Below, in pieces: positions 1 to 12,429 of a DNA stretch of 55,220 bases (the first letter of the stretch is position 1; each line of letters starts with the position of its first letter). The position numbers were made by a program, and so were the translations under genes. A model generated the notes under the pieces. That model searched no databases and was not told where the DNA came from. It saw nothing but the letters and a program-made list of their open reading frames with translations. This DNA is from Fistulifera solaris. Its lineage: Eukaryota. The stretch spans positions 2,418,001 to 2,473,220 of the forward strand of contig AP026124.1 of the NCBI GenBank assembly GCA_030295235.1, written 5' to 3'.

Positions 1-3000
1 GTATGGAGGAGCCAGTCGCCTCTACGTCAATTTCGAAACGTGCCCGAAGTTGTCGCTCGCAAGCTGGAGCGAAAGAGTGACATAGAATGGGCTAGATATA
101 TTGATCTAACACCCGCCGATATCGGTGAACTTGTTGGAGTCCCTAAAATGGGAAGAGCCCTACATAAGCTAGTACAGCAGTTTCCACGAATGGAGCTTTC
201 TGCGCAAATTCAACCGATATCGAGGTCCATGCTCCGCGTGGAGTTGACATTGGTCCCAGCGTTTCAGTTCGACACGACTATTCATGGATACTCACAACTG
301 TTCCATATTTTAGTGGAGGATGTGAACGGTGAAACCATTCTTCATCATGAAACGTTCGCACTCGAGAGCAGGGTAGCAGAAAGCGAGCATATTCTTGTCA
401 TTTCCGTTCCGATCATGGAGCCGTTGCCCCCGGCTTATTATATCAGAGTTTTGTCAGATCGCTGGCTTCATTCGTCGTCCGTTCTCCCAATCTCTTTCCA
501 ATCGATGATATTGCCAGCGAAATTTCATCCCCCAACGGAGTTATTGGACTTGCAACCTTTACTACCGAGTGCGCTTGGCGAGCGGTCTTTTCAAAAGCTG
601 TTTCCTTTTGGTGAATTCAACCCTATACAAACGCAAACATTTCACGAACTGTACAAGAGCTCCAAGAACTGTCTTGTATGTTCCGCGTCTGGGACAGGAA
701 AGAGCATTTGCGGAATATTTGCAGTTCTCCGAATGTTAACAACGGATGCTGATGGAAAGTGTGTCTACGTTGCGCCAACTGATGAGATAGCCGACTTCAC
801 ATTTGACGAATGGGTTCGGTGTCTCGGATCCATCCTACCGAAGTCATCAATTACTCGATTAACGGGGGAAACCACCCCGGATCTTGTACTTCTGCATGCA
901 TGCAAGGTCGCAATTTGCTCAGTGCGTCAGTGGGATATTTTAAGTCGACGCTGGAGGCAACGCAAAGATGTACAAGCAGTTACTCTTTACATTTTCGACG
1001 AGATTCATTTTCTCGGAGGTGAAATTGGGCCCACAATGGAAGTGGTTATCTCTCGCACTCGGTACATTAGTAGCCAGCTTCAAGAAAAAGACAATAATAA
1101 TAAGATCCGCATTGTAGGACTTGGTGCATCGCTGGCCAATGCAAGAGATATTGGGGAGTGGATGGGCGTACCTGCTAAAAGTTTGTTTAATTTTTCGCCA
1201 AAGGCAAGACCGTTTCCTCTGGAAATTTATTTTCAATCATTTGAGCAAGCAAATTTCTCAAGCCGTTTGATGGCAATGGCAAAGCCAGTTTACAACGCAG
1301 TGGAGAGACATCACGCTGGACGCTCATCTATTGTATACGTCCCGAGCAAGCGTCAGGCCCAGCTAACGGCGATCGATCTTATGACCTACGGTGAAAGTCA
1401 AGGAGAGCGCGTGTTTGCAGCGCCAAATCTCGGAGAATACGCAGTACGCATTGAGAGTGTGCGTGAAGCTGCGCTGCGTCAAGTGCTGGAAGCTGGTATT
1501 GGTTTTGTGCACAATGGAATGGTCGAATCCGATACGTCGACTGTAGTAGATTTGTACCAGGCAGGAGCGATCAAAGTTCTCGTCTGCCCGGCAGACTTAT
1601 GCTGGCGCATCAGGTGCGTTGCACACTTGATTGTCATAATGGGAACTGAATACTACGACGGTCGTGAGGGAAGACACGTTGACTATCCGATCACTGATAT
1701 GCTGCACATGATGGGTAGACAAGAAAGTACATCTAGTGGGAAATGCGTGATTCTTTGCCACGCCCCCAAGAAGGAATATCTCAAAAAGTTACTTTATGAT
1801 CCTTTGCCCATTGAAAGCCACCTTGACTCATACCTTCATGATCCACTGAACTCTGAAGTTGTGACGAAAACGATTACGTCAATGCAGGACGCGATTGACT
1901 ACTTGACGTGGTCATTTCTCTATCGCCGTCTGACAAAGAATCCAACCTACTATGGCATGCAAGGGACGTCGAATGCATATCTGAGTGAGCATTTAAGCGA
2001 AATGGTCGAAGCTGTCATCGGCGACCTTGAGGAAAGCAAGTGTTGTAGTGTTTCTGAGGACGGAAATGTGACGGCTTTAAACTTGGGCATGATCGCGTCA
2101 TATTATTATGTTCAATACAGAACGCTTGAATTGATCGCGTCATCCGTCACCGCCAAGACAAAAATCCGTGGAGTTCTTGAAATTCTATCCGCTTCATGGG
2201 AATTTTCTGCCTTACCGATTCGGTTTGGCGAAGAAAAGACAATGAAGATAATTGCAAGAACTTTGACCCATAAACTTCCTGATGACTCCACTTACGATTC
2301 CAATACAAAGGCGTTGATTCTTTTGCAAAGCCATTTCAGTCGAACCGTACTATCTGCAGATATGCACATGGACCAGAAGACTGTTTTGAAAGAATCAATC
2401 AATTTGGTGCAGGCGATTGTCGATGTAATCAGCAGCAATGGCTGGCTAAAACCAGCGCTGGCAGCCATGGAATTGAGTCAAATGCTTGTGCAGGGATTAT
2501 GGAACAAAGACCATGTACTCCGCCAGATCCCTCATTTCACAGAAGAAATTGTTCAGCGCTGTCTGAAATACAAAGGCGAGGAGGCTATCGAAACCGTGTT
2601 TGACATATTGTCTCTAGAAGACGACGTTCGCAATAACTTACTTCAGTTACCCGATGATAAAATGGCCGACGTTGCGACTTTCTGCAACACTTATCCGAAC
2701 ATTGAAGTTACTTATACCGTAGAGGATGCCGACGAAATCACAGCAGGAGACGCCGTGAAGATGGTGGTGACACTTGAGCGTGAAATAGACGAGGGGGAAG
2801 AAGTGGATGAGCAAGAACTAGGGAAAGTTGTCGCTCCTCTTTTCCCAGGCGAAAAGAAAGAGGCCTGGTGGGTCGTCATTGGTGATTTGGCTAACAGCAC
2901 GCTTTTTCAATAAAACGAGTCAATTTGCAACGCCGTAAACAGCTCACATTGGAGTTTTTGGCCCCCGAGTCGGCTGGAGACTACGACCTCACGCTATTTT

Positions 3001-3101
3001 GCATGAGTGACAGCTACCTTGGATGCGACCAAGAGTATTCGGTGTCATTGAATGTTGGAGCAGCTGAGTCGGAAAATGAAAGCGAAAGTGAAGACGAATA
3101 A
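1..3101 (+). CDS. BRR2: U5 snRNP 200 kDa helicase Brr2/SNRNP200, C-terminal half (5' part outside window; apparent 1-bp frameshift at ~2905)
   Basis: Sec63 and second helicase cassette motifs (FNPIQTQ, SRRWRQRKDVQAV, DEIH, PIESHLDSYLHD, DAIDYLTWSFLYRRLTKNP, NGWLKPALAAMELSQM). After the T-run at ~2903 another frame continues IKRVNL...FCMSDSYLGCDQEY to TAA at 3099-3101. Confidence 0.95.
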
Positions 3102-3156
3102 GACTATCCTTATACATTTAACTTGAACCACAAAGCAAAAATATTACAACGAGTTC

Positions 3157-4182
3157 TCATCCGAAATATTTCGAGGTCGAGCGCTCATTGCCGCCATGGC
3201 TGGAGTAGTCGCACGCTTGGTGCGTTCCACTGTCCGAAGAGTAGGAACCATGGTCCTCTTGAAGCAAACGAATTGTTAGTGAAGTCGGGGCGCAACCAAT
3301 CCTATATCCTGTCATGATACTTACCACGATAATACAAAGGGTAGTAAGGGGCATAATACGGAGGCTGCGGTCCGTAACGTTCCACTGGACGATACATCTC
3401 CCGGTGCTCTTCTGCTCTCGTGTACGGGTGGGGTCGAAAGACTCCCTCCGGAATACTCGCTCGGGACAAACCTAAGACCAAGGGCTCATACATATCAGGA
3501 TCAACGGACGGTGGCTCCGGAGCGTCCATAGGATGCAGCTGTCGAATGCCTGCATTTTGCTGAGCTTGTTCCACGCGCCATGCGGCAATGTCTTCCTTGT
3601 ACTGAGCCCGTTCACGCTCTTCTTCTTCCACATACGGCGCTCGCTCGGCCGGCGTGGCATTGCGCCACATTTCTCCCAACAAACGCGAGACGTCCGTATT
3701 GCTCATGTCGGGATTTTCGTGCTTGACTTTGGTCCGACGCTTTTGCGAGTATTTCAAAAAGGCCGACATGGGTCGTTTGGGTGCAAGGGGGTGTTTCTTG
3801 GCGCGTCGTTTGGGAATGTTCCACGGCCCCTTGTATTCGGCTTTCTCGCGCACATAGCGGACCTTGTCGTTGCGCGCTTCTTCGTCCCAAAAGGCGCGTT
3901 GGTGGTCCGTAAGACTTCTCCACTCATCCGCAACGTACTTCAAAAAGTCCTGATGCGTTGTTTGTCCCGATTTCTCCTTCTTTTTGGCATCCGAGAAACA
4001 AATAAAGGCAGATCGTGGAGGCTTGGGAGGACTGACGTTCTCTTCACCCTCCACAACAATCTGGTCTTTTTGCTCGCGGAAGGAAAGCTCTGAAAAAAAG
4101 GGATGCAGTGTTGAGTGTTATCTGTTGAGAATCTTTAAAGAGGGGTCTCACTCAAACGTACCGCACGGATAGGAGAAGGCAT
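3157..4182 (-). CDS. Double HMG-box DNA-binding protein
   Basis: Two HMG boxes (PPKPPRSAFICF...W; APKRPMSAFLKY...LGEMW). Probable introns ~3258-3324 (GTAAGT...CTAAC...CAAG) and 4090-4151. Start codon tentative. Confidence 0.85.
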
Positions 4183-4617
4183 TATTCAAGCGATCGATTG
4201 TGTTTTTGAGGCGAATACTAATTATGAAGGTATCGCTTGACACGGGAAATACGAACTGCAAAAAAGGAACATATTGAGCAAAGAGGGAAAAGTTTTGAAG
4301 CACAAGCGTTGCGTGACTCTTGCACTCAATACTCAATAAGAACTTGCTTGATTATGGAAACACACGCTATTTTGATGGGATTTGTGAGAGTTGAAAATCC
4401 TTGAGACTGCATCGTGGGGGACTGGTTTTCGCAACGGAGTTGTCGTCACAAAATAAATCACGCTTAGTACAATCGTCATAGACTCCTCCGTTACGGTCGA
4501 ATACTATCACATTAGATTTTGAATGTGTCCGTGGATGATAATAACTGAAACCGTAGCTAAACCGCTGTGTCGCAACGGAGTTAGAAGATGATCTCGACAA
4601 TGCGTTGTATCTTGTAT

Positions 4618-4747
4618 GGGAGACTTCCGTTAGGTCTCCAACCAGGGTGAACCTCTTCCGATAGCTCTCCCGTTAGGAGAGACGTTAACTGACTACATTC
4701 AACTTTACAGTAGAGTACGCGCCATTGGATGTGGTACTAATTACTTA
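4618..4747 (+). repeat. Left TIR of MULE
   Basis: Reverse complement of 10345-10474. Confidence 0.95.
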
Positions 4748-4850
4748 GAATCTACTTAGGTTGCTCGATAAAGTAACAAAGCCTTATGAATGACAGTCCC
4801 GGATGATTCATGAATCACCCCTCTAAGATAACCAAATCCTCAATAAACAA

Positions 4851-4995
4851 TAGTCAGCGAGCGCGACCGCTCTTGATAAAGAAAAGTCAGCGAGCGCGAC
4901 CGCTCTCAATTGTCAATAAAGAAAAACCAGCCTACGTGACCCTGATGCAGCGAGCGCGACCTTCCAATAAAGAAAAACCCAGCCTACGTGACCTT
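4851..4995 (+). repeat. Subterminal direct repeats inside the MULE left end
   Basis: CAGCGAGCGCGACC occurs three times, and AATAAAGAAAAA(A)CC(C)AGCCTACGTGACC twice. Confidence 0.8.
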
Positions 4996-5112
4996 CCACC
5001 GATCAAGGCTTTCGTCGAAAACTACTTCGTGTAAATAATCAAAACCCAATCTACACAATTTCAGTTTCAAACTAGACTTGGTTGATTAATATCACACATT
5101 ACTCTATACGTG

Positions 5113-5800
5113 TCATTCAGCCAATTGAAACATAACATCAAATACAAAAGGTCGGAGATCATCTCCGACTCCAATCTCCGAAATAGAGTCAAGGAACCAT
5201 GTCCTCTCATTGAGGGCACGTCGACCATGTTTCAGAATTGTCGCCGCATAAAAACATACATATGGTCCGCAACTATGGCCATCATGTTGCAATAGTTTAT
5301 TGGGAAGACGCATTTCTTGGTATTCCCACGGAGCCGTAAATCGGGTAATGTTGATTCCTGCTGCTCGCTTGTTGACGCGATTCTAATTGCTGCCTCACCG
5401 CGCGAATTTAAATAAACCTGAAAGCCAGACAGCATTAGAGTAGTGATCGTCCGGATCTTCGAGGGAGTCGAGCGAATAAATAACTCGATTATCGGCATCA
5501 ACCACCATCAACCACCAGTGCCTCTCCTTGCACATAGGGAATAAATGAATGCCCAAATTGTTCGATTTTGTCATAGAATTCAATGCCACAAACGCTGAAC
5601 TAAGCTGCAGTCTACCCTCTCTCTTAATATTTTGGTTGGCGGAATCCCACAGATTACTCATGACATACGACGGGTGTGCAATAACTCCCTCATCCGTTAC
5701 GGTCTTGCTTGTTATGCTTTCAAGGAAACTGTTCACAATCGCGTCATTGAAATAACATTGCGAGTTCATAATTTCAAGGCATTCACTGGTTATGGATGCC
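5113..5800 (-). CDS. Ulp1/SENP-family (peptidase C48) cysteine protease domain inside the MULE, frameshifted at ~5350-5400
   Basis: YFNDAIVNSFL ... HWWLMVVD ... YSLDSL ... LQHDGHSCGPYVC: His, Asp, oxyanion Gln and Cys in the C48 order. Confidence 0.85.
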
Positions 5801-7007
5801 GTGGCACCACTCTAGCACCTTGATATGATGCTTCTTTCCCTCTTCAGGTCGTGACGACTCAGCGACCTTTATCAACGCCCTTTGCACTGGATTGCAAAAA
5901 GGAGTGACCGAAGAGATCCCCTGGCATCTTCTTTGTTGTAAATCAGATCGTTTCCATTCTTTCTTGTCCCTACAGTGATAAATGATTCTATTCCACTTCT
6001 TTCCTTTTGCTGTCTCTGCAAGAGTATTCCGGCGCACGTGGATTGCAATATTGTTCTCACTCACAAGTCCTCGCTGGTTTGCGCCCTTGGCGTTTTCGGG
6101 TTGAAGCCCTTCTTTTCATCGTTAAATCATTTGTTTCCGTTTTCCGTGAAATGATTCTGGAATATCAAACTCGTGTTCTTGAACCAAACAATTTAATTGC
6201 TCAATGGTTCCCACAAATGGATAAGCTGTGTCGTAAAAATAGGATACGATCTTTGATGGTTCATCAGTAATGACTGGGGGTTGCAAAGGGGCTACTCCAA
6301 TTTGCCTTACTTGTTGTCGACGTAATGAAAATTGATTTTCATTTCTGGGATCTACAATCTTACGTCTCAGGTCGAAGGGTGTTCTCAAGAATTGTGATGA
6401 GGTCCCACTAGTGGCAGTAGCGGGACTTGTTATAGCTCTACGAGTTCTTCTGGTTTTCGGAATACCCACTGAAAATGAACTTGAGAGCGCTTCATTTTGT
6501 GCCAAGTTCTTTCTTCGCAGATCTAGCGGCATTTTCAGGAAATGCGACGAATCGTCACTGAGATTACCGGATTTGGCGGGACTTGCATTCTTCTTTTGGA
6601 TGTCTAATCGCCTTTTAAATACATGTGATGAATCGTCACTAGCAGACGTGGCGGGACTTGCATTAGTGGGTTCTGTCTTCGGTATCTTTATAATCATATC
6701 TTCAGGAATCGTGATACTTCGGTTGTTGGACTGTTTCGAATGAGATCTTGGCAGTGCTCTCAGATTACCCCTCTTCATAGTTGGCATCTCAACTATGGAA
6801 GAAACTGCTGTGGCGGGACTTCCTGCTTTTGCTTCTGCAATCGGTGGCGGTTTCAACTTCTTTTTACGGGCATGAGTCGGGCCTTTGGCTCTGGAATTTG
6901 CTGTCAGTTTCGATCTTTTCCTTTTTGTGTTGTATTCTCATTCATTGAAGACTCGATAGTCAAGGCATGAGCTCTGATATCAGGTGGTGGCTTCAGATTT
7001 TGACTCT

Positions 7008-10000
7008 TCATGGTCGGCCTCTCAAAGATTGACGAATCAGTTGTGGCGGGACTTGTTCCTTCAGCTTTTTGATTTGGTGGCTGTTTCGGCCGTTTCCTCT
7101 TCTCGTTGCCATTTTGACTAATGAAAAATCTGTTGTTGCTGGACTGGAAGCACAAGCTGTTGTGGTCGGCGGTGGTTTCAAATTCGGTCTGGATGCGGTC
7201 GCTGTCTTCAATATCGATGACTTTGCGGTAGATGGACTTGCCTTCTGCGCTTTTAAATTCGTTACTTGTTTGGATCTCCTCTTTGTTCTAGTTGTTGGCA
7301 TTTCATTTACTGAATATTCTGTTGTTGCGGGACTTGAGGCAAAAGCATTATGTGCGGTGCTTGGTTCCACATCTTCATCCTCTAGAATTGTCGACAGATG
7401 ACCCGAGTGTGCACTGTTCAGACGGGAATCGTCATGGATGCCTACCTCGACATCATCAACCATGGTCAATTCTTGTTCGTGACTTCTTCTTTCCGTGTAA
7501 TCCTTGTCACGAATAATTACTACAATATCTCGGTTACTACCTGACGGAGCAAGGTCCATATCCAGAAGATAGTTATTTTCGTTGTCGTCTTCAGCGTGAA
7601 TTTCTGCAGCGTCTTCTCCAGTAAGCTTTAAAATCCGTGACTGGACAATGGCATTGGCTGCATCAGAGTCTTCTACTAAGCCAATCTTGTCAATATTGTG
7701 AAGGCCATGTCCTCCGGAGGTATCATCGTTGTCCAAATCTTCAGAAGTAATTCCTGCATCCATGTCAATGACGCATGTTGGGAAATGGTTGACCAGAATT
7801 GCGCCAGTTTCAAGTAATGCAGGATCCATGTACCTTCGATCATCTTTGAGGTAGTCCAGACACTGTCGAATTGTGTGATTCGGTGATCTGCAGTGAAAGC
7901 AGTGCCGAGGTAAGGGCTTGCCGCCTCTACGCTGGCGTCCAAGAGTTGATTCTAGCTGTTGCATGTGTTCCGCCTTTGGTTTGGTCCCAAAATCAAACAG
8001 ACCATCGGCGGCAATCGCTTCTGCTATTGCATCGTTATTTCGACTGAGCTTGTTCTTTGAACTTGGCTCATACTCCTTTGTCATTCGTGCTGATTCCAGC
8101 GCCGATTGCTTCTTTTTCTTTGACTTACGTGGTCCCGGTTCACCATTACTGATTATTCTGTTCCCCGAGTTAAGCTTGTCAGTGTAAGTTGGTGATGGAT
8201 AAATGTTTTCTGATTGATAAGCAAGCTTGATATCCCCAAATCCCGGGACGTCAAGTCGCTCGGATAGTTGTTAAGAAACTCTGTAAGGAAGCCGGCGATC
8301 ACCACTTGTCGGAACTTTTCCAAACTCTTCGTGAGAATTGCGAAAACACAGAGGGTGGGATTGAGGGCCAAGTTGAGGATCTTGTACGTGAAACAAGGTT
8401 GATGTGGCCGCAGTAGATTTCCCGCATCGCTGTTCTACTGCAGGAGCAGTACAGGGACGGAGTGCTCGTGGGTTCATAAGTAACATACTCCGTCTTCTTG
8501 TGCTTTTCAGCGTACAATTTGAATTTCAAACTGCCATCGGGCATCCTTCAGCATCCTCTATTACAAAATCTAGATCTTCATTGCCTGTATCTTGCAAGCT
8601 TCGAAAGTATATGGTGAGGAACCTAGCAGATTTGGTTGTTATTTCATCTCGAAATTGTCGAAGAGATTCGGCAGCCGCCATCAAAAAGTTAGAAATGGCT
8701 AGTGGAGGGGTATTAGTCCTCACTTCATGATGTAGAAGCCACTGCTGGGCCGATTCGACATGATTTGTTGAACAGAAACCATATAAAGGGAACTTGTTTC
8801 CAACTGGCACGTGATCGTTGAGCAACCACCTCCATTCGCCGACGTCTCCACTTATCTCTGTGAAGCCATTCACTTCAGCTAGATAGGTAAAATATAGGGG
8901 CTCCCACATAGATTCATGTTGACTCGGTGTATTTCCAAACACAGTCCAATGAGTAGGATGAATTGTCCCAAGAACATAGATAACAATTCAGCACCGGTAC
9001 TAAGAGTTTCGTTTTCTTCAATTTGTGGAAGCGCTTTGACAAGCTTCTTCGCAGCATCCAAGAAGGCGTTAACATCTGAGCTTTGCATCTCGGCCATGAT
9101 AAACCAAGCGACCGCTCTGCCCTCTCAGCGATCGTTGATTGATATTGAATAGATGGTAAATGTTTCAAGAATATGAATCAAGCAATACTTCACGGAAACA
9201 ACCAGTCCATAATGTTCTGCCAACGCTCGGACAGCGTAGAATGTGTCCTCGGTCAGTGAATACTGGAAACTCTTCGAAATTGAACCCAGCTTGATACATC
9301 ATGAGAAGGATATATATCATCCCTTGCTTGTTTTCCGAGGGAATCAACCCAAAACCAAGTGGAATGTTACTTCCATTTCCATCGACCCCTATGATCGGGA
9401 CTCCAATTCCATCGTGTTCGGGTATACGGATGTGTGTTCCGTCTAAAAGATTGCAGGAATGCAGGCATTTCTAAAGAAGTGCGCGGCATTCTCAATGAAC
9501 ACAGTTGACCGAAAAAAGCATGAGTTCTGGTCAGTTTCTAAATTGACGGAGGCATTTGGATTTAGCTCGACATATTTCCGAAGATACTGGGCCAACAGCT
9601 CATTGTACATCAACAAATCCTTTCGGTAGACCTCACGGAAGTGTTTCTTGAGATTTGAATGCATTGTCGGGCCAACTTCGATGTCGAAACCCTCTTTCCT
9701 GAGGACGGCGTTGAGATTCTTGCGAGTAGCATGACTGTCGAAGTTTGGTGCCTGGAAGCATGTTTTGAAGAAGTCTTGAACAGCAGGAATGTTCTGCACT
9801 ATCATTGATTTTCTGCGGCAGTCCTTTGGGAGGTCGTTTTGTTGGAGTGCAAAACAAACTGTGCCTGAAGTTAGTACTAGGATGGTCGTGTAGCAATCGA
9901 AGTTCGCCGTTTTCTTCCTTGAACTTAAGTGAGAACGTTTTGCAGCAAGTGCACACGTAGCAAGGGCTTTCTCCGTGCTTGCTGACATCTCGTAAGAGCT

Positions 10001-10174
10001 TTCGATCGCATTACACAAAAGCGATGCTGCGGAGAAGCTCCTCGTGATCATCCTCAGGGATCGGTTTGTCATAGAGAAACTTTTCAAAATCATACGGACC
10101 GGTTGGAGGAAGTGCCCCATATTTTTGCATAATCGTGACGAATGATCGCCGCCCTTCGCTTCAATGATCGACAT
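7008..10174 (-). CDS. MULE transposase (DDE + SWIM + zinc knuckle), broken by several frameshifts
   Basis: Across frames: first D (DGTH ~9435), GVDGNGSNIPLGFGLIPSEN, second D (FTDRGH), CxxH (KYCLIH ~9180), catalytic E (STNHVES), SWIM finger CSCSRTAMREIYCGH, zinc knuckle CFHCRSPNHTIRQC. Confidence 0.88.
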
Positions 10175-10344
10175 GTTAATGTTGTAAAAGAGCAACAGTA
10201 GGAACGGAAGGGCAACTATGACAATAAGGAATGCAGCGTTCTGATCATCTTGTCGGCAGTCGGAGCGGAACAAACGCACAACGCGAACGATTGTGCGGTT
10301 ATTGTGCGTGACCTAAGTAGAACTAATGATGGATGGAAGGCCTT

Positions 10345-10474
10345 TAAGTAATTAGTACCACATCCAATGGCGCGTACTCTACTGTAAAGTTGAATGTAGT
10401 CAGTTAACGTCTCTCCTAACGGGAGAGCTATCGGAAGAGGTTCACCCTGGTTGGAGACCTAACGGAAGTCTCCC
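10345..10474 (-). repeat. Right TIR of MULE
   Basis: Reverse complement of 4618-4747. Confidence 0.95.
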
Positions 10475-10627
10475 ATCTTGTATACAAAGGATCGCGACAA
10501 CAAACTTCGACCATGAAACATACCATGAGAAGAATAAACCAAGTGGACGATCATCCTATAAGCCGAGGAGGATTACAGTAGGTCTAATAGAAATGGTTTT
10601 CTCGCTTCAGTCACCCTCTAGCATTCC

Positions 10628-12019
10628 ATGTTGCTACGATTAATCGTCAGCATTATTTTCTTGCCAATCGCGCTCGCAATCAATACAATACACTTACTGG
10701 ATCCAAAAGACACAAATGTTGATGCATCAGAATGTCAGCAACAAAGCACAGCGCAAGCCATTTGGCTTCCTGAAACGGGAATTATGCAAGATCTAGGTAA
10801 AGGTCAAAGTCCCGATCATATTCAATCACAACTCGTGGAAACGATTTGTGAAATGAATGCTTATTATCGCACTATTGTGCGAAAAGATGAGTGTCAACTG
10901 GCAGCGCCGCGGTGTCAGAATCGACAGCCTTTGTGTGCCTTTTGGGTTCTCCAAGGACAATGTACGAATACAAATTATCGGAAATACATGGAAACCAATT
11001 GTCCGGTCGCGTGTCGTCTCTGTCACACGGAACTATTTCGTGCCCGGGCTTGGCTGGATCTGTTACAAGAATTACATCGGGTGTATTCAACGGATGAAGC
11101 TAGTGTTGATGTTGTGACAAGACGTCAGCGTGTGTTAGAAGAGCTTATGAGTCATTTAGGGATGTCAACGAATCAGTCAAATTATTTTGCCGAAGAATTA
11201 GTGCGACGCATCCATGCCGTGATTCCTCGATTTCTCGCCAAGCTGTATTCCACCAAAGAACCTCTTACCGAACAAGAAATGAGTCTTATGTGTCAATTGC
11301 ACGGCCTGGATCCAAATCTACCGGCGGATCAAGTCAAATTGGCTGTTCTGGTACAATACCGGGAACGCGGTCACATAGTTGCCTGGATGGAATTAACCGA
11401 TGCTCTCATTGTACGACCGATCCAACTCTCAGTAGCTTTTGCGATTCCGAATGAAGAAGCTTTGCAGACGATTCGTGATCTTCATATACCTATTTTGGAA
11501 ATGGGGGCAGGGTCTGGTTACTGGACGGCGCATTTACAGAGTATGGGAATTTCGGTCGTGGCCTACGATGCTGCTCGAGGAGCGGGCAATGCGTTTTTCA
11601 ACGTCTGGTACACGGATGACATTCAACAAGGCAACTGTGAACAAGTCATGCAAGCACAACCAGAACTGGCTCCAACACACGCCCTTGTTACTCATCTGGC
11701 CCAACGACCCCGATCCCATCGATCATCCGCAATTCTGTCACGGCGACGTGTGTGATGACTCGGAACCCGTGTGGGATGCAGCCTGTCTACAGGCTTACAT
11801 GAAGAACGGTGGATCGACCGTGATTTTTGTCGGAGAACGACAGCGGATGTTACAGGAACGTTACGGCACGAATGAAAGTGGCATGTCGGCCACATTGCAA
11901 TTTCAGCGACTTTTGGAAGACTCGTTTGATTTGCAAAAGTTGTGTCGATTCCCCAATTGTGGCTGAATGACGATGATATGACAGTATGGACACGCAAGGT
12001 AGGGACAGACGAATTGTAA
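10628..12019 (+). CDS. Signal-peptide protein with ShKT domain and C-terminal class I SAM-methyltransferase-like domain (frameshifts ~11690, ~11940)
   Basis: Hydrophobic N-terminus MLLRLIVSIIFLPIALA; ShKT CQNRQPLCAFWVLQGQC...YMETNCPVACRLC; FAIPNEEAL...ILEMGAGSGYW...VVAYD; then LLLIWP...WDAACLQAY...TVIFVGE in the next frame. Confidence 0.75.
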
Positions 12020-12429
12020 GCGGAGTGGGTGGGTGCCCCAATTCGAATCAACGAGAGACGACTACATCATAGATCGCCGACATACGATCGTGACTGGGCC
12101 ATGCGATACAAGCCAACGGAGCACATTCGTGTTTGAGGATCTATTTGTCTCCGTTTTTCTCTTTGGTGGAAAAGAAACGAAGCACACGGTAGATTCTCTG
12201 CTAGACGGAGTAGTGAAATAGTTACGAGACTATTTCTTCTAAACTCTTGCTTCATTGTGGTGTTCCTTAGATTTTTGTACTCTATCTCTTACAGTACTGC
12301 GCTGGGTTTATTTTGGTGACAGTTCTCATTGTTCTTGTTGCTGCTCGTATCTTCGATTCTATAATTCCTTCACTCATACTACGGAGTATTTACTATTGCA
12401 ACTAATACATACGAAAGAAAGCCGCTAAA

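Larger units (their letters stand above)
4618..10474 (-). mobile_element. Mutator-like (MULE) DNA transposon, full length, carrying a Ulp1/C48 protease domain
   Basis: 130-bp terminal inverted repeats (4618-4747 and 10345-10474, starting GGGAGACTTCCGTTAGG). Flanked by an exact 9-bp target-site duplication ATCTTGTAT (4609-4617 and 10475-10483). Internal MULE transposase motifs. Confidence 0.95.

Noticed and set aside
3533..4093. Long antisense ORFs (also 6411-6743, 7069-7401, 15278-15772, 28547-29107, 30715-31287)
   Set aside because: Shadows of well-supported genes on the opposite strand or in another frame.
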